Positions 1 through 10,943 of a stretch of DNA of 64,000 nt are shown in pieces. Origin of the DNA: Trypanosoma brucei (Eukaryota); NCBI GenBank assembly GCA_000002445.1, contig CP000071.1, positions 288,001 through 352,000 of the forward strand. The letters run 5' to 3'. Each line of letters begins with the position of its first letter. Position 1 is the stretch's first letter. Both the position numbers and the translations under genes were made by a program. The notes beneath the pieces are model-generated. The model ran no database searches, was not told the origin of the DNA, and saw only the letters and a program-made list of their open reading frames with translations.

Positions 1-516
1 CGTACCGTTAAGGGAATCGGAAGACACGCTTTCAGCAGCTCCCTTGCATTTTTCAGCCGCGCTCCTGACTCTCCAATTGGAATTGTGTCCTGCCACCTCC
101 TTCAACATGCGCTCTAACGCTGCTATACGATTGCTCCTGATCTCTTCAATATTCTCCGCCCTAAACTCAGTCTCAATGGATGCGGTTTCAGCTTTCTTGG
201 CGGCCTCAGTAACGTTGGAAGCAACACGCTTCGCACGCTCGACGGGATCGGTGGCATTTCTGTTCTCCCACAAGACATCCTCAGCCAAAGTTACATATTC
301 ATCACTCCGAGTCTTGGCATTCGATATCTTCAATGATTCGGTAGTTATCCAATATTTTAGGTCACGGACGGCATCTTTCAGTCCCCTGAACTGCTTCAGA
401 GCATTACACAATGTAACAGTTTGCTCAAGTGTAAGATTATTGTTCTTACCAACAGCAAATGGCATGCACAGGAGTACAACTGCTGTGAAACAGGTGAATC
501 GCGTCATTTGGCTCAA
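1..516 (-). CDS. Gene B copy 0, 5' part only (N-terminal ~172 codons). The gene continues to the left beyond the window. Product is an Ala-rich, GPI-anchored surface-protein family member.
   Basis: Reverse strand of 1..516 is near-identical to 10427..10943, the B1 N-terminus including the signal peptide MSQMTRFTCFTAVVLLCMPFAVG. The ATG lies at 516..514. Confidence 0.7.
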   Translation of the reverse strand, partial: MSQMTRFTCFTAVVLLCMPFAVGKNNNLTLEQTVTLCNALKQFRGLKDAVRDLKYWITTESLKISNAKTRSDEYVTLAEDVLWENRNATDPVERAKRVASNVTEAAKKAETASIETEFRAENIEEIRSNRIAALERMLKEVAGHNSNWRVRSAAEKCKGAAESVSSDSLNGT

Positions 517-555
517 CTCTCTCTTGGATGTGGAAATCTTGGAATGATGTTTCGT

Positions 556-588
556 CTACAAAATGGTAAGGAAAGATAGCAACAAAAG
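556..588 (-). promoter_or_regulatory. Polypyrimidine tract plus candidate AG spliced-leader acceptor upstream of the gene B start. The same element recurs at ~10983..11015 and ~21378..21410.
   Basis: The minus-strand sequence cttttgttgctatctttccttacc is followed by attttgtAG about 40 nt upstream of the ATG at 516. This is the typical kinetoplastid trans-splicing signal arrangement. This is inference; there is no RNA evidence. Confidence 0.35.
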
Positions 589-900
589 TTGATACTATGC
601 ATGAAATGACACGGAGAAAATGAGACCAACTGGAAGCCATAATTAGTCACTTATGCACAAGGCACAACATCTTTACGGAAAACACAACTAAAGTCGTTGA
701 CATACATGGACTACACAACACAGAAGCAGTGATGTATATGACAGTATGCCTCAGTCACACTTCCATATGTGCATGCACGCTCATAAGCATTGCCAACTTT
801 CTTGTTGTTCGTATCTTATCCATTCATAAAACATCCCCAACAGAGTGGCATCCATTGACAGCATGCGGTAATAAGTGCCTCCAGCAGCTGTCAGACAAGA

Positions 901-3900
901 TTAGTTGTGCGACGAATCACATGAGAGAGAAACATTGCTTTCCTCATCGTGATTGGGATACGCCTGCGCTTCGTCGACGGATGCCGCATGCGGATTATGA
1001 AAAGGTGGTGTGTCGTATACAGGCAGCACAGTGACTCCTTCACCGTCAACATGGGTGTGCCCGCTGTAATTTATAGTGTCTCTGCCACGAGTCGCAGTTG
1101 AGTTGAAGGGAAGCACAACGGCTTGGGGTAGTGGTAGAGGAATCGAGCGCATGGCCTGCTGCAAACGGACATAATCACTAAACTCGGCATCAACTATCGC
1201 CTGCCACTCCTCTTCCTCCCAGTTCACGAGCCGCATACGCCGCCCAGCCTCGCTTTCAAGCATAAACGTCGACTCCTCGTAGAAGTGCTGTGTAGTGGTG
1301 TAACTCATCATGTCATAACTCGTGAGCCGCGACGTATCATGAACGTCCGTCGACATCTCTGACATGGTATCATGAACGGAAACCTCGATTTCCTCACGTG
1401 TTTGCGATTGCAAGCGCCGACGCTGTGAGGCACGCCTCATATAAATGGCATTCAGCAGGTCCGGGTGATCTGCCGGTACAGTCACAGGTATTGGATTGAC
1501 ATTCACACCCCTGCCAGTCGGACCCTCATACATGCTGAATTCTCCACTGTAGTCAAATTGTAGTTCCAGTTCCTTTGCATCCACGCGGATACGCTCAATA
1601 CCGTCTGTAAAGACAAGCGCCATGTTGTAGCGGTCCCTCGCCTCCTGTAATGCGATCTGATCACGATCATCACACTCTTGCTCCTCGACAGAAGTCCAGT
1701 CCGCCCTCCCAGGAAAGTCACCGCCCCACGCAAAGTCGTCAACACCCGATGTCATGCCATCGATCATCGTCCTCGCGGTGGTATTGGTATTGGGGGAACC
1801 ATCACCAGAGTAGAACCCCAGAAGCAGTGGGTTGTTACCGCTTTCCAAATATTCGGGGTCGGGAGATGTTCCACTGATACAAGACATGTCGAGATTGTCC
1901 AGCTGCATCTTATCTGCAACGACAAGTTGTCGCTCCTCCTTCTCCTTAGAGCAGCATCGTCGCAAAAAGCACACGGCAAGCAACAACAGCAGCAGAAACA
2001 GCAACACAGCTGCCACAATAATGGCAATCACCGCCCCCATTCCCAATGGACCCCAAGCAGACCCACCACATATATCCCCACTTGCCTTCACATTACCCAA
2101 AGTAACGCAGTAGGTATTGTCTGTGAGGTCCCATGCGCAAACACTGAACTCCGTGCCCGCGGGGTAGTCTCTAATTTTGTTGTGGTTCATCCTCAACTTA
2201 CACTTGCCATCTGAGCCCTCACTGGCTTCCCCGACGGTGACGCCCTTGTCAGTGGGGTTGCAACAGTCACCCTTGATCACACGCACAACCGTCTGGCGGT
2301 GGGAAGAGTCCGGTGCACGGCACGACTCGAGTGGTGTCACCTTACAAGGTTCCACTATCGAAGGAAATACACTGACGGGTGGAATGAAGCGGAGGCTAGA
2401 GCTCAAAGGGACACTGACGACTGAACGGTTGACAGGAGTGGTAGCGCAGAAATATATCGAGTCCGTACCATTTTGCGCGGTAACAGAAACACGGCGGGCG
2501 CTTGCCGCGTCATCATCACCCACCAGTGCCCAACTTCCATGTGATTCATTTCGACGCAGGCAACTTCTGTCTGTGCTAAAACCGGGAAGCAAGCTCTCAG
2601 CATACAGGTCGTCCATCAAGTACAGAACGCCAGGAACACCAAGAAGGACGTCTCTCCCACGAATATTGTAATACGTAGGGTCAAATGTCTCAATCTGCGC
2701 AATCGGGAGGAGCTGCTTTGCCGAAGCAACACGTGCTGCTATCCCATTAGCGCTTATTTTCACAATTTTGGGACGCGTCGCACTGCCGTCAAAAACCTCC
2801 TGGCAGAGCGTCCACACACCCGCGGATGGTAACCCGGCCGCATTCACGTTCTTGAACGATATATTACCACGCGCCTCCTCGTCAGTCGTAAAGAATGGCA
2901 CCACGTCCTCACCACCACAGGAAGCATCTCGCCGCAGACGAAATGCTGAGTTTGGCGACAGAGGAATGTACACCTCTGCCTCCGTCCCCAGAACAAATGA
3001 CGACGGAAAGATGATATCAGTAGAAACCTCCACTTCCGATACAACACTGAGGTTCCCGGCGGGGGTCCCAACGCACAACGACACGGAAGGCAACCTCCCT
3101 GGAATGAAGGTCGGACCCAGTACAACGCTGCCGCTCGGCCGCACGTAACCCACAGAGTTCCCCGTCAGAGTGGTTGCGCACGCATTTTCGGAGAGATATA
3201 CGCCACGAAAGTCGGAGTTGTGTAGATACGCAAGTGGGTTCTCTGCGTCTTCCCCGGGCACTAACGAGTACAATGGCTTTGCTCCAGAGACCACAGGTGT
3301 CTGCAGTTTTGCGTGAAACCGAGCAGTGGGAACCGCCGCAGGATCGATCTTCTTCACGATGGGCGGAGTTATGATGAGAACCTCCGCTACTGGTATTGGA
3401 GGCGAGGTGGGTTGTTCCCCCAATACACATACACATTTCACGCCTGAGATACCTATTAGCGTAACCGCCTCCTCAACTGGGGTCTCTGCAAGACCGGGGG
3501 CCGCCACAATCTTCTCGCCACACACCGCGCAATCGCTTAGGTACGTGTCCGGTGTTCGGGTAGCGTAGTTCATCACTAAGTTCGCAGGCCCTAGCACCTC
3601 GCTGTCGCTATCCACACGTCCATGAATGCTAGGGTTCACAACACGGAAGTTTTCCACTGAAAGCGTCGGGCCATCTGTTGTGAAGACATACCCAGGATCC
3701 CTTATTGTGTGTGTACACACATAAAACGTAAGATTCCGATTGTACCGTGGCGTCATTGTGGCTCTGCTCTGACTAAGTACTCCATTGCAGTCACTCCTTG
3801 TGGAAAGAAAGGGACTGGTAAGGATCGCCTTGTCAATGCCATAGTCGGTTACTTGTTTCGCTGGAAGCGCCGTCACCGGCCGTACCGCAGGCTGCTTTCC

Positions 3901-6900
3901 ACCGGGGCATTCATCTAAGTGAATCAGTTGCATAGTCCCACGCATAACATACCCACCGCTTTCCCCACGCTCACAATAGTACACATCTGTCAGATCACGG
4001 TTCCGGTATTTGCACTTATCCACATGCAGCGTTGACATAGAGTTGGCTATGACCGTGTCGTACTCACTCAAGATACTGTCAGTACACGCTTCTAAGGTGG
4101 AGATCCTCACCCTCCCACTTTGAATGCCACTGGACTCCACGGTCACACTGCGACCTGCAATAATCGTCGCAGGAGTCATGTAGTGAAAAATATTGAAAGT
4201 AGATGCAGGCAACTTATCATACGCAGAAATACCGACACACACCCTGGCACCCTTCGCCACAGCTGGCGTCTTCACAATGGTAACATCCTTACTGTGTTCG
4301 CCGGAAGCAAAGGGAAAACTGTCATACGAAGCATTCGCCTCTGTGCAGTTAAGCTCTGGGGGGACAATGTAAACGGTGAGATTCGACGCCCCTATATGCA
4401 AGCTACCCCCATCAAGGGTCAAGCGAAGAGGTGTGTGCTTCCGTACGAGTGACACATTAAAGGACGCCGTAAACGGGTTAATCACCTTAAGGGGCTTCTG
4501 ACCAACAGCAACTCCCAAACGCCGCTCATCCTGCTGACACAATGCATATTCGCCTAGTAGAACATCCTCCAAGGGAGTAGTTGGCCCAGTGTAGTAGCGC
4601 TCAGTCGCCTCCTCACAAATCCTTGCATTCAGTGGGACTTTGCAGGAAGCGGCGTTGACACAGCGCACGAGGAACAAAGATGCCTTCTTAAGCAGCGGTC
4701 TTGCCACAAAATTATTCGTTGACCTACGGACAGCGTACAGAGAATCCACAGCAAAATCCTCAGCACTTACCTTCCCTCCGTACAAGTAATACGATTCATT
4801 GGTATCACCCCACCCCACGCAAACATGCAGTTCGCCAGCCTTCTGAACCACAAAAGGTTCTGCACTCCCACTTATGGGGTCAACCCAACCCTCACCGTAC
4901 ACCCTAATGCCACCACCGGGGGCACTTTGGCACGACTCAATGCTCTCGCTCACAAGAAAGCGTGTTGGCTGCAGCGCAGTCAGCGCCTCTCCTCGAAACC
5001 TCATGCTGAGGGGAAGACCAACAACGCCAATAGGTGAATCCGGCACAAGCTCTAGCTGCTGCTGTGACTGAATTAAACCTACATCTTCGTATCCATTCCC
5101 CTTCCACAGGCATACCTTCCATTTCTTCATACCAACAGCTGTGTAGACCACATACGCCGGACCCACTTCAGTAATTCTAATAGCAACGGCAGTACCATCA
5201 TCCACAATTTCGCCACAGTTCACATCACTCGTTTCCTTAAAAAGCACCTTCAGACCTTTGAGGGAGGTCTTATCAGGTACAATAAAATTGACTCGATTGC
5301 TTACGCCAACGAACACGGTCCTGGGGAATACCTCCACATCGGAAACAGCTAACATACCCGATACCCTCACTTTCCAGGCACCCCCATCACTGTCATGGTA
5401 ACCAACACATACGTACACCTTGCCAACTGTGTTGCGCATCACCGTCACGGACGCCTCCCCTTCAGCCGTTGCATTTACCTCAGAAATGGATGGTGTGCAG
5501 CTCTCACTTTCACTGAACACTATGGGCGCCTCAGGCGGTACGGCGGACACCTTGACGGGTGTACTGACACCTTTTACAATGGAAGCCGGCGACAACTCCG
5601 CAGGACCGTATACCATGACATTCCCAACGTTCGAATAGGGGCGATTCACAGGATGTTCCGTGCCCGGTGTCTTCACACACAGCACATGTCTACCCGCAGT
5701 AGAAAACGCAACGCCGTACAGGGCAGTTGCATTCATGGAGTATGTCTCCCCGACTGGTGTAAGGCAATTATCCAGGGAGAAATACCCGGTTGTTCCTGCC
5801 TTGAGAGTCACGTTGGCATCAAGATGAATCGTCTCAGCCACACCCACGAAAAGGGTCCGGTGTTTCAGTTTGTATCGCCGCGTCGCAATATTCTTCACAG
5901 GGTAGGTATATCCCTCGTCAGGTTCCTCGTCCGCTTGTAGGTCGACAGATGAGGGAGTCGCGACACACAAAGTCATGTTCGGGAGTGCGTCCTCAGGAAC
6001 TCGAAACGTGACAGAACTTGCGCCAACTCTCACATCACCTTTTGAGTTGAGTTCCTCACACTCCGGGGTTACCGATAAACCAACCGTTATCACACCACTC
6101 CGCCCCGCATTGTGGCCGCTCAACAAAACCGTCAAATCAAGTCCACTGATCACGTTGGCTTCATCAAATGATACCGTCGGTGGCGGCAGAACTGTCACAA
6201 CAGCCGCACGCGCCTTGGGGTATGCAGTCGTGCTCCCCTCAAGACACGCGTAGTACGTACCTGAAACAGGTAAGGCAACTGCACCCCCATCCGAACGCGA
6301 GCGACGCTTCTTTACTGGGGGGCCCCGATATTGGATTCCTGATGGACCATCCACACGCACAGCCCCTGTACAGTTGGAATACATGTAGAAATCAAGCACC
6401 AACTTCACATCGTTAGCAGCTGCAGTCGCTGCATCCATTGTATACTTAATGCGAGTCCCGTACCCACTGTATAGGGTCCGTGGCTGAACGCCGTACTCCC
6501 GAACAGTTACCTTGTTCTCAGATGGTGAATATAACCTGCCACCCTTGTGGTAGGGCCAACCATTACACAGAAAATAGTCACCTTTAGGCACAGAAACCTC
6601 CATATTAACAACCTGCAACGTTTCCCCACCCACGGGGTCCTGAAGGATCGGATCACATAGGGGTGACTGAGAAAAAGTTGCCCACACGAGGTTGCCTACA
6701 GCCTCCAAGCGAAATGTTTCGTTCGTGTGCCGAAGTGCATCAGTGTTGTTCGTGTCATAACGTGGCACAGCAAGTAACACAGAGGCAGGAACGACGAAAG
6801 TTTTGCCATCACTCGTGGGTACCTTAGCACAAAGATAAATTACGCTTTGGACACTCCGTGTCACTCTCACCTCCCGGTTAGAACCCAGTTCGGCAGGTGG

Positions 6901-7494
6901 CAGACCTTGAATCATGCTCACGTCGTCACAGTTTTCATTGCGGTGAAATGTAATGAAGGTTCCAACAGGCACTGCGTCGCCGAATCGAATAGTGTTGTCA
7001 ACATCACGTTTCAAATAGCGTGGTATGGCTTCAACAAGGCTCAGCTGCACAGACAAAGAAAGGGAGGGAAACGCATCACCAGCACATATATACACTTCAC
7101 GTACTTTCGTATCGTACCACGGGTCAATGCCCACATCATTGCTCGTAACCGTGAAATTACATGGCGCATTCTTGGATATTTTGCACTTGGAGCCAATGAT
7201 CTGTGTATTGTCACATGTACTCATACGCGAAACGAAAATATCTGCTTTGATACTCTGGTCCGTCGTTTCCACACTGAACGGTACGTTCACCAGCGGTTTG
7301 TTAGGTCGTAACACAAGTGATGCAGCTCCACTGCTGCATAAAAACGTTGACGACACGATGCACAGAACTGAAGCCCAAAAAGTAAAGGGCACCTTACAGC
7401 AATGTCGGTAACGTGGAGATAGAGAGGAAGCATGGCTGGTACCTGTGCCACAGTGGGTTGAGTCCCTTCTTAGAAACATTTGCATAAATACCAA
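901..7494 (-). CDS. Gene A copy 1: a 2197-aa type I transmembrane glycoprotein. It has an N-terminal hydrophobic signal region and ~1800 aa of ectodomain made of ~18 tandem ~95-aa Cys-containing modules. There is one TM helix (GAVIAIIVAAVLLFLLLLLLAVCFL) and a ~375-aa acidic cytoplasmic tail.
   Basis: A 6.6-kb uninterrupted ORF. The motif h-[YHF]-h-C-[VA]-G/T recurs at ~90-100 aa spacing, for example VYICAGDAF, IYLCAKVPTSDG, TLCVATPSS, VYVCVGYHDSDG, LHVCVGWGDTNE, ARVCVGISAYD, FYVCTHTIRDPG, SLCVGTPAGN and IYFCATTPVNRS. There are many N-x-S/T sequons. I recognised no enzyme motif. Confidence 0.85.
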   Translation of the reverse strand: MVFMQMFLRRDSTHCGTGTSHASSLSPRYRHCCKVPFTFWASVLCIVSSTFLCSSGAASLVLRPNKPLVNVPFSVETTDQSIKADIFVSRMSTCDNTQIIGSKCKISKNAPCNFTVTSNDVGIDPWYDTKVREVYICAGDAFPSLSLSVQLSLVEAIPRYLKRDVDNTIRFGDAVPVGTFITFHRNENCDDVSMIQGLPPAELGSNREVRVTRSVQSVIYLCAKVPTSDGKTFVVPASVLLAVPRYDTNNTDALRHTNETFRLEAVGNLVWATFSQSPLCDPILQDPVGGETLQVVNMEVSVPKGDYFLCNGWPYHKGGRLYSPSENKVTVREYGVQPRTLYSGYGTRIKYTMDAATAAANDVKLVLDFYMYSNCTGAVRVDGPSGIQYRGPPVKKRRSRSDGGAVALPVSGTYYACLEGSTTAYPKARAAVVTVLPPPTVSFDEANVISGLDLTVLLSGHNAGRSGVITVGLSVTPECEELNSKGDVRVGASSVTFRVPEDALPNMTLCVATPSSVDLQADEEPDEGYTYPVKNIATRRYKLKHRTLFVGVAETIHLDANVTLKAGTTGYFSLDNCLTPVGETYSMNATALYGVAFSTAGRHVLCVKTPGTEHPVNRPYSNVGNVMVYGPAELSPASIVKGVSTPVKVSAVPPEAPIVFSESESCTPSISEVNATAEGEASVTVMRNTVGKVYVCVGYHDSDGGAWKVRVSGMLAVSDVEVFPRTVFVGVSNRVNFIVPDKTSLKGLKVLFKETSDVNCGEIVDDGTAVAIRITEVGPAYVVYTAVGMKKWKVCLWKGNGYEDVGLIQSQQQLELVPDSPIGVVGLPLSMRFRGEALTALQPTRFLVSESIESCQSAPGGGIRVYGEGWVDPISGSAEPFVVQKAGELHVCVGWGDTNESYYLYGGKVSAEDFAVDSLYAVRRSTNNFVARPLLKKASLFLVRCVNAASCKVPLNARICEEATERYYTGPTTPLEDVLLGEYALCQQDERRLGVAVGQKPLKVINPFTASFNVSLVRKHTPLRLTLDGGSLHIGASNLTVYIVPPELNCTEANASYDSFPFASGEHSKDVTIVKTPAVAKGARVCVGISAYDKLPASTFNIFHYMTPATIIAGRSVTVESSGIQSGRVRISTLEACTDSILSEYDTVIANSMSTLHVDKCKYRNRDLTDVYYCERGESGGYVMRGTMQLIHLDECPGGKQPAVRPVTALPAKQVTDYGIDKAILTSPFLSTRSDCNGVLSQSRATMTPRYNRNLTFYVCTHTIRDPGYVFTTDGPTLSVENFRVVNPSIHGRVDSDSEVLGPANLVMNYATRTPDTYLSDCAVCGEKIVAAPGLAETPVEEAVTLIGISGVKCVCVLGEQPTSPPIPVAEVLIITPPIVKKIDPAAVPTARFHAKLQTPVVSGAKPLYSLVPGEDAENPLAYLHNSDFRGVYLSENACATTLTGNSVGYVRPSGSVVLGPTFIPGRLPSVSLCVGTPAGNLSVVSEVEVSTDIIFPSSFVLGTEAEVYIPLSPNSAFRLRRDASCGGEDVVPFFTTDEEARGNISFKNVNAAGLPSAGVWTLCQEVFDGSATRPKIVKISANGIAARVASAKQLLPIAQIETFDPTYYNIRGRDVLLGVPGVLYLMDDLYAESLLPGFSTDRSCLRRNESHGSWALVGDDDAASARRVSVTAQNGTDSIYFCATTPVNRSVVSVPLSSSLRFIPPVSVFPSIVEPCKVTPLESCRAPDSSHRQTVVRVIKGDCCNPTDKGVTVGEASEGSDGKCKLRMNHNKIRDYPAGTEFSVCAWDLTDNTYCVTLGNVKASGDICGGSAWGPLGMGAVIAIIVAAVLLFLLLLLLAVCFLRRCCSKEKEERQLVVADKMQLDNLDMSCISGTSPDPEYLESGNNPLLLGFYSGDGSPNTNTTARTMIDGMTSGVDDFAWGGDFPGRADWTSVEEQECDDRDQIALQEARDRYNMALVFTDGIERIRVDAKELELQFDYSGEFSMYEGPTGRGVNVNPIPVTVPADHPDLLNAIYMRRASQRRRLQSQTREEIEVSVHDTMSEMSTDVHDTSRLTSYDMMSYTTTQHFYEESTFMLESEAGRRMRLVNWEEEEWQAIVDAEFSDYVRLQQAMRSIPLPLPQAVVLPFNSTATRGRDTINYSGHTHVDGEGVTVLPVYDTPPFHNPHAASVDEAQAYPNHDEESNVSLSCDSSHN

Positions 7495-9521
7495 ACGCTA
7501 CAACAACCTTCTCAGTACTCGCTTATTCCCTTTCTCTCAACGTGTATGCCTTTATGCTCTTGCAGAAAACTATTTACGGTGTGCGTATTCGCCAACCCGC
7601 GTAAACCTAAGACGATTGTGCACAGACTCCTCTGTCTCTGTCTCTCACACTAGTTCCTTACCACGCGACCCGTTTAAGAGGGAAGTGGCTAAACTATGTA
7701 AGGTGCTTATGGAATTACTACGGTACTGACCTTCACTTATCTTCGTGTACTCCGTTTAACTTTCAATTGCCCCTCCGCAGTGATGAACTCTTTTGTTTGA
7801 TTTCTTCTATGGTTGCTTCTATCCTCAGTTACTATGAAGATACAGCTGTATCTATTACCTCCGTTACTCGACAAAAATGTTTCCCCGGTGAAAAAGGGAT
7901 GTGCCTCTATGGATATACAAATGTATGAGTCCACAAATGTATGGATATGCAGGTGTAGAAAATATGCGACCCTACACGTACAGCTTTTCTATGTAACGTC
8001 CTGTTGAAATGGTCCTCGTTTACTCTTATTTGTGCTTTCTCGTATCGTTGTCGATCTCCTTCCCGTTCCACAACAGACTTTTCTCGCAATATCGCTCGCC
8101 TGTGTATCGGTAAATCAATTCACAAAACACCTTTATGGTAGGAACGGTATATCAAACTGATGAATATTTAGTGTGCGAAGCTTGAGGCTACGCTACTGAT
8201 CAATGCGGACAACACGTCGGGCAGAAAACTACAGAAACTAAAACAAAAGGGCTAAAAATGCGGTAAAAAAATCTATAAACCTATGTAAATGATGGTAGCG
8301 ATATATTGTCAGAGCTGCTTCGCGAAACAGAAATGGCAACTGAATGGCTAACTAAAAAAAACAAAAAAGATCTAGCAGTAATATCGCGCTGCTTCTGCAC
8401 AACGTCTAAAGTGTGATGCACGGAAAGGAAGTAGTTTTTCAAGAGAAGTGCACACAAAATGGTAAGCACATGGGTGAGGAATGCGCTCCATAGACATCAA
8501 TGAATAAACCCCGCGCACACAAGCAAGTGAAACGACATATCAAAAGAAGTTACAATGCAACACTTAAAGAGTACAACATGTGCTGGTGAAGTAACAAAAC
8601 CCACACATTCACTTTTTAAAAATGGTCAAAAGATATAATGCCCCTGAATTTATTAAGAAGAGGTGGGCATCAGGGTAGCACAGGCGGATACAACTCCAGG
8701 CCAAGAGGGCAACAAAGACATATGAACTGCAAGTGCAAACAATTACTATAATGTTTTACATTTAGCAACCGACACACTATAAATGACCACAAGGGACTTT
8801 AACATGTCCCCGATAGATCCACCCACAATCGCTAAACGAAGTAATTCAAGCGAGCACATAAACTCACGGCAACATTCCAAGCGTAGCAAACACAATGTAG
8901 TGGAGAGCAGACGTACAGCACCTGGAAGGCGCCATCTCAAACTCGGTACTCACTAATACATACCACACAGCTGCACAGTTCAGTCATATAATGAACATTA
9001 AACGGTTATATATATAATAACTGCTACAATAAGGAAAAAAAGGGAGGGGGGAAAGGGAAGCAATTATGAAGTCAAGACTAAATTAATACTTTACATACAC
9101 AGCAGAGAATTGCACAATCTGTAAAGCGCTCACACATGTAAGTATACACAAGAAGGAGTAAACACTAAAATGAAAACACGGATGAAAATAATGAAGAAAC
9201 GCTAACGCACCTGCTCACCAACACAACATAGCAGTCTACATTGCTGTATATGTGATGTGCATAAAATGTCGAGAAACTAGGAACAAACACTAAATAAAGG
9301 TACCAGAATAGCCATGCCGATACTTTAAAAGAAAAAAAGAATTTATAAAAAAATATATTAGGATCATGATTAGCATATAAAAGTGAAAACGCTATTGAAA
9401 ACAATGGCAACGATAAAACCATAACGAGAAGCCTTAAGTAACACCCAACAATGACACGTTTGCGTGTATGTAATCCCTCACGCTAATCCTTGGCTGCTAC
9501 ACCGAAACGGTACTACTTGGA

Positions 9522-10943
9522 CTACAAAAGACCAACTAATGTGAAAGTAAGGGAAAATAATAATAAGCGTAAATTGTGGTTCTTATTGCTTGCTGCACTT
9601 CCCATTGAAGACAAACGACCTTCACCAAACTCGATCAGAGAAGCAACTCCAGCCACCTCCATCGTTTTATTCAGTTTGACCTCTTTTCTCCGCACGGCAA
9701 TGCTGGCAATAGTAATCAGCTGTGTGGATGTATTCAGATCTTCAAGCATATGAGAGACCACACGTGTGTCACTCTCCAGTCGCTCCGAGAGATTTGGAAA
9801 GTTGTCCATAAGTTTCTTCCTCATATCATCCAGAGATTTGGGTGTCACCACCCAAGCTGTTCCCCCGCACACCTCAGCAGCCTTCTTTGCTTTCTCATCT
9901 GCAGCATTTCCAGCTATCTTCCTTAGCGTATTTTCCATGAGTGGTAGGTAATGAGCCCTTATACTTTTGAGATTCCTTGCATACCTGCTTACCTTCTTAA
10001 ACACATTCTGTGCTTTACTTACTGCTTTCGCAACCTCAGCAACGGCCCGCTTCACCTGATCCATGTGTCCCCCCGGACGCTTTGCATCCGCTTGGCTCCG
10101 TTCCTCCACTTTAGAAACCATTGCAGAACGGCTCACAGCTTGCTCCGTGAATGCGTCCACTGCACCTTTTAGGCCTCTGTACTGCTCAACCATCAAACAC
10201 ACTGCTTGTGTCTGATTCAGAGTAAGATTGTACTTTCTGGTGATAGAGGCCTTTGTTCCCTCGACCAGTTCCTTCACCGTAGACTCACCTTTGAGCGCCA
10301 CCGACCTCCAAGTAACGACATTGTAGAGCACAAACTCCAGCTTCCACAGCTCCCCGGAACTTTCCCGGGTGTCATCCTCCAAACCTTCCGAAGCACCCTC
10401 AGGTAACGTACTAAACAACTCCAACAGCGTACCGTTAAGGGAATCGGAAGACACGCTTTCAGCAGCTCCCTTGCATTTTTCAGCCGCGCTCCTGACTCTC
10501 CAATTGGAATTGTGTCCTGCCACCTCCTTCAACATGCGCTCTAACGCTGCTACACGATTGCTCCTGATCTCTTCAATATTCTCCGCCCTAAACTCAGTCT
10601 CAATGGATGCGGTTTCAGCTTTCTTGGCGGCCTCAGTAACGTTGGAAGCAACACGCTTCGCACGCTCGACGGGATCGGTGGCATTTCTGTTCTCCCACAA
10701 GACATCCTCAGCCAAAGTTACATATTCATCACTCCGAGTCTTGGCATTCGATATCTTCAATGATTCGGTAGTTATCCAATATTTTAGGTCACGGACGGCA
10801 TCTTTCAGTCCCCTGAACTGCTTCAGAGCATTACACAATGTAACAGTTTGCTCAAGTGTAAGATTATTGTTCTTACCAACAGCAAATGGCATGCACAGGA
10901 GTACAACTGCTGTGAAACAGGTGAATCGTGTCATTTGGCTCAA
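9522..10943 (-). CDS. Gene B copy 1: a 473-aa Ala/Lys/Glu-rich secreted glycoprotein with a predicted C-terminal GPI-anchor signal (…SAASNKNHNLRLLLFSLTFTLVGLL). It consists of two homologous ~205-aa halves.
   Basis: There is an N-terminal signal peptide and at least 7 N-x-T sequons. The internal repeat NLTLEQTVTLCNALKQFRGLKDAV (res 27-50) pairs with NLTLNQTQAVCLMVEQYRGLKGAV (res 239-262). SLNGTLLELFSTLPEGASEGLEDDTR (~res 167-192) pairs with SLDDMRKKLMDNFPNLSERLESDTR (~res 371-395). The composition suggests a helical-bundle fold like the trypanosome VSG/HpHbR/GARP-type surface proteins, but that is inference only. Confidence 0.8.
   Translation of the reverse strand: MSQMTRFTCFTAVVLLCMPFAVGKNNNLTLEQTVTLCNALKQFRGLKDAVRDLKYWITTESLKISNAKTRSDEYVTLAEDVLWENRNATDPVERAKRVASNVTEAAKKAETASIETEFRAENIEEIRSNRVAALERMLKEVAGHNSNWRVRSAAEKCKGAAESVSSDSLNGTLLELFSTLPEGASEGLEDDTRESSGELWKLEFVLYNVVTWRSVALKGESTVKELVEGTKASITRKYNLTLNQTQAVCLMVEQYRGLKGAVDAFTEQAVSRSAMVSKVEERSQADAKRPGGHMDQVKRAVAEVAKAVSKAQNVFKKVSRYARNLKSIRAHYLPLMENTLRKIAGNAADEKAKKAAEVCGGTAWVVTPKSLDDMRKKLMDNFPNLSERLESDTRVVSHMLEDLNTSTQLITIASIAVRRKEVKLNKTMEVAGVASLIEFGEGRLSSMGSAASNKNHNLRLLLFSLTFTLVGLL

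Noticed and set aside
44-547. Plus-strand 167-aa ORF, with its copies at 10369..10974 and 21136..21369
   Set aside because: It is antisense to the conserved N-terminal region of gene B. It is repeated only because gene B is repeated.
1678-2214. Plus-strand ORFs of 150-180 aa inside gene A, for example 1678..2214, 2177..2671, 5395..5940 and 6847..7311, and their copies in unit 2
   Set aside because: They are antisense to a 6.6-kb ORF, are Arg/Ser/His-rich with no motifs, and run opposite to the single direction of transcription. They are typical shadow ORFs.
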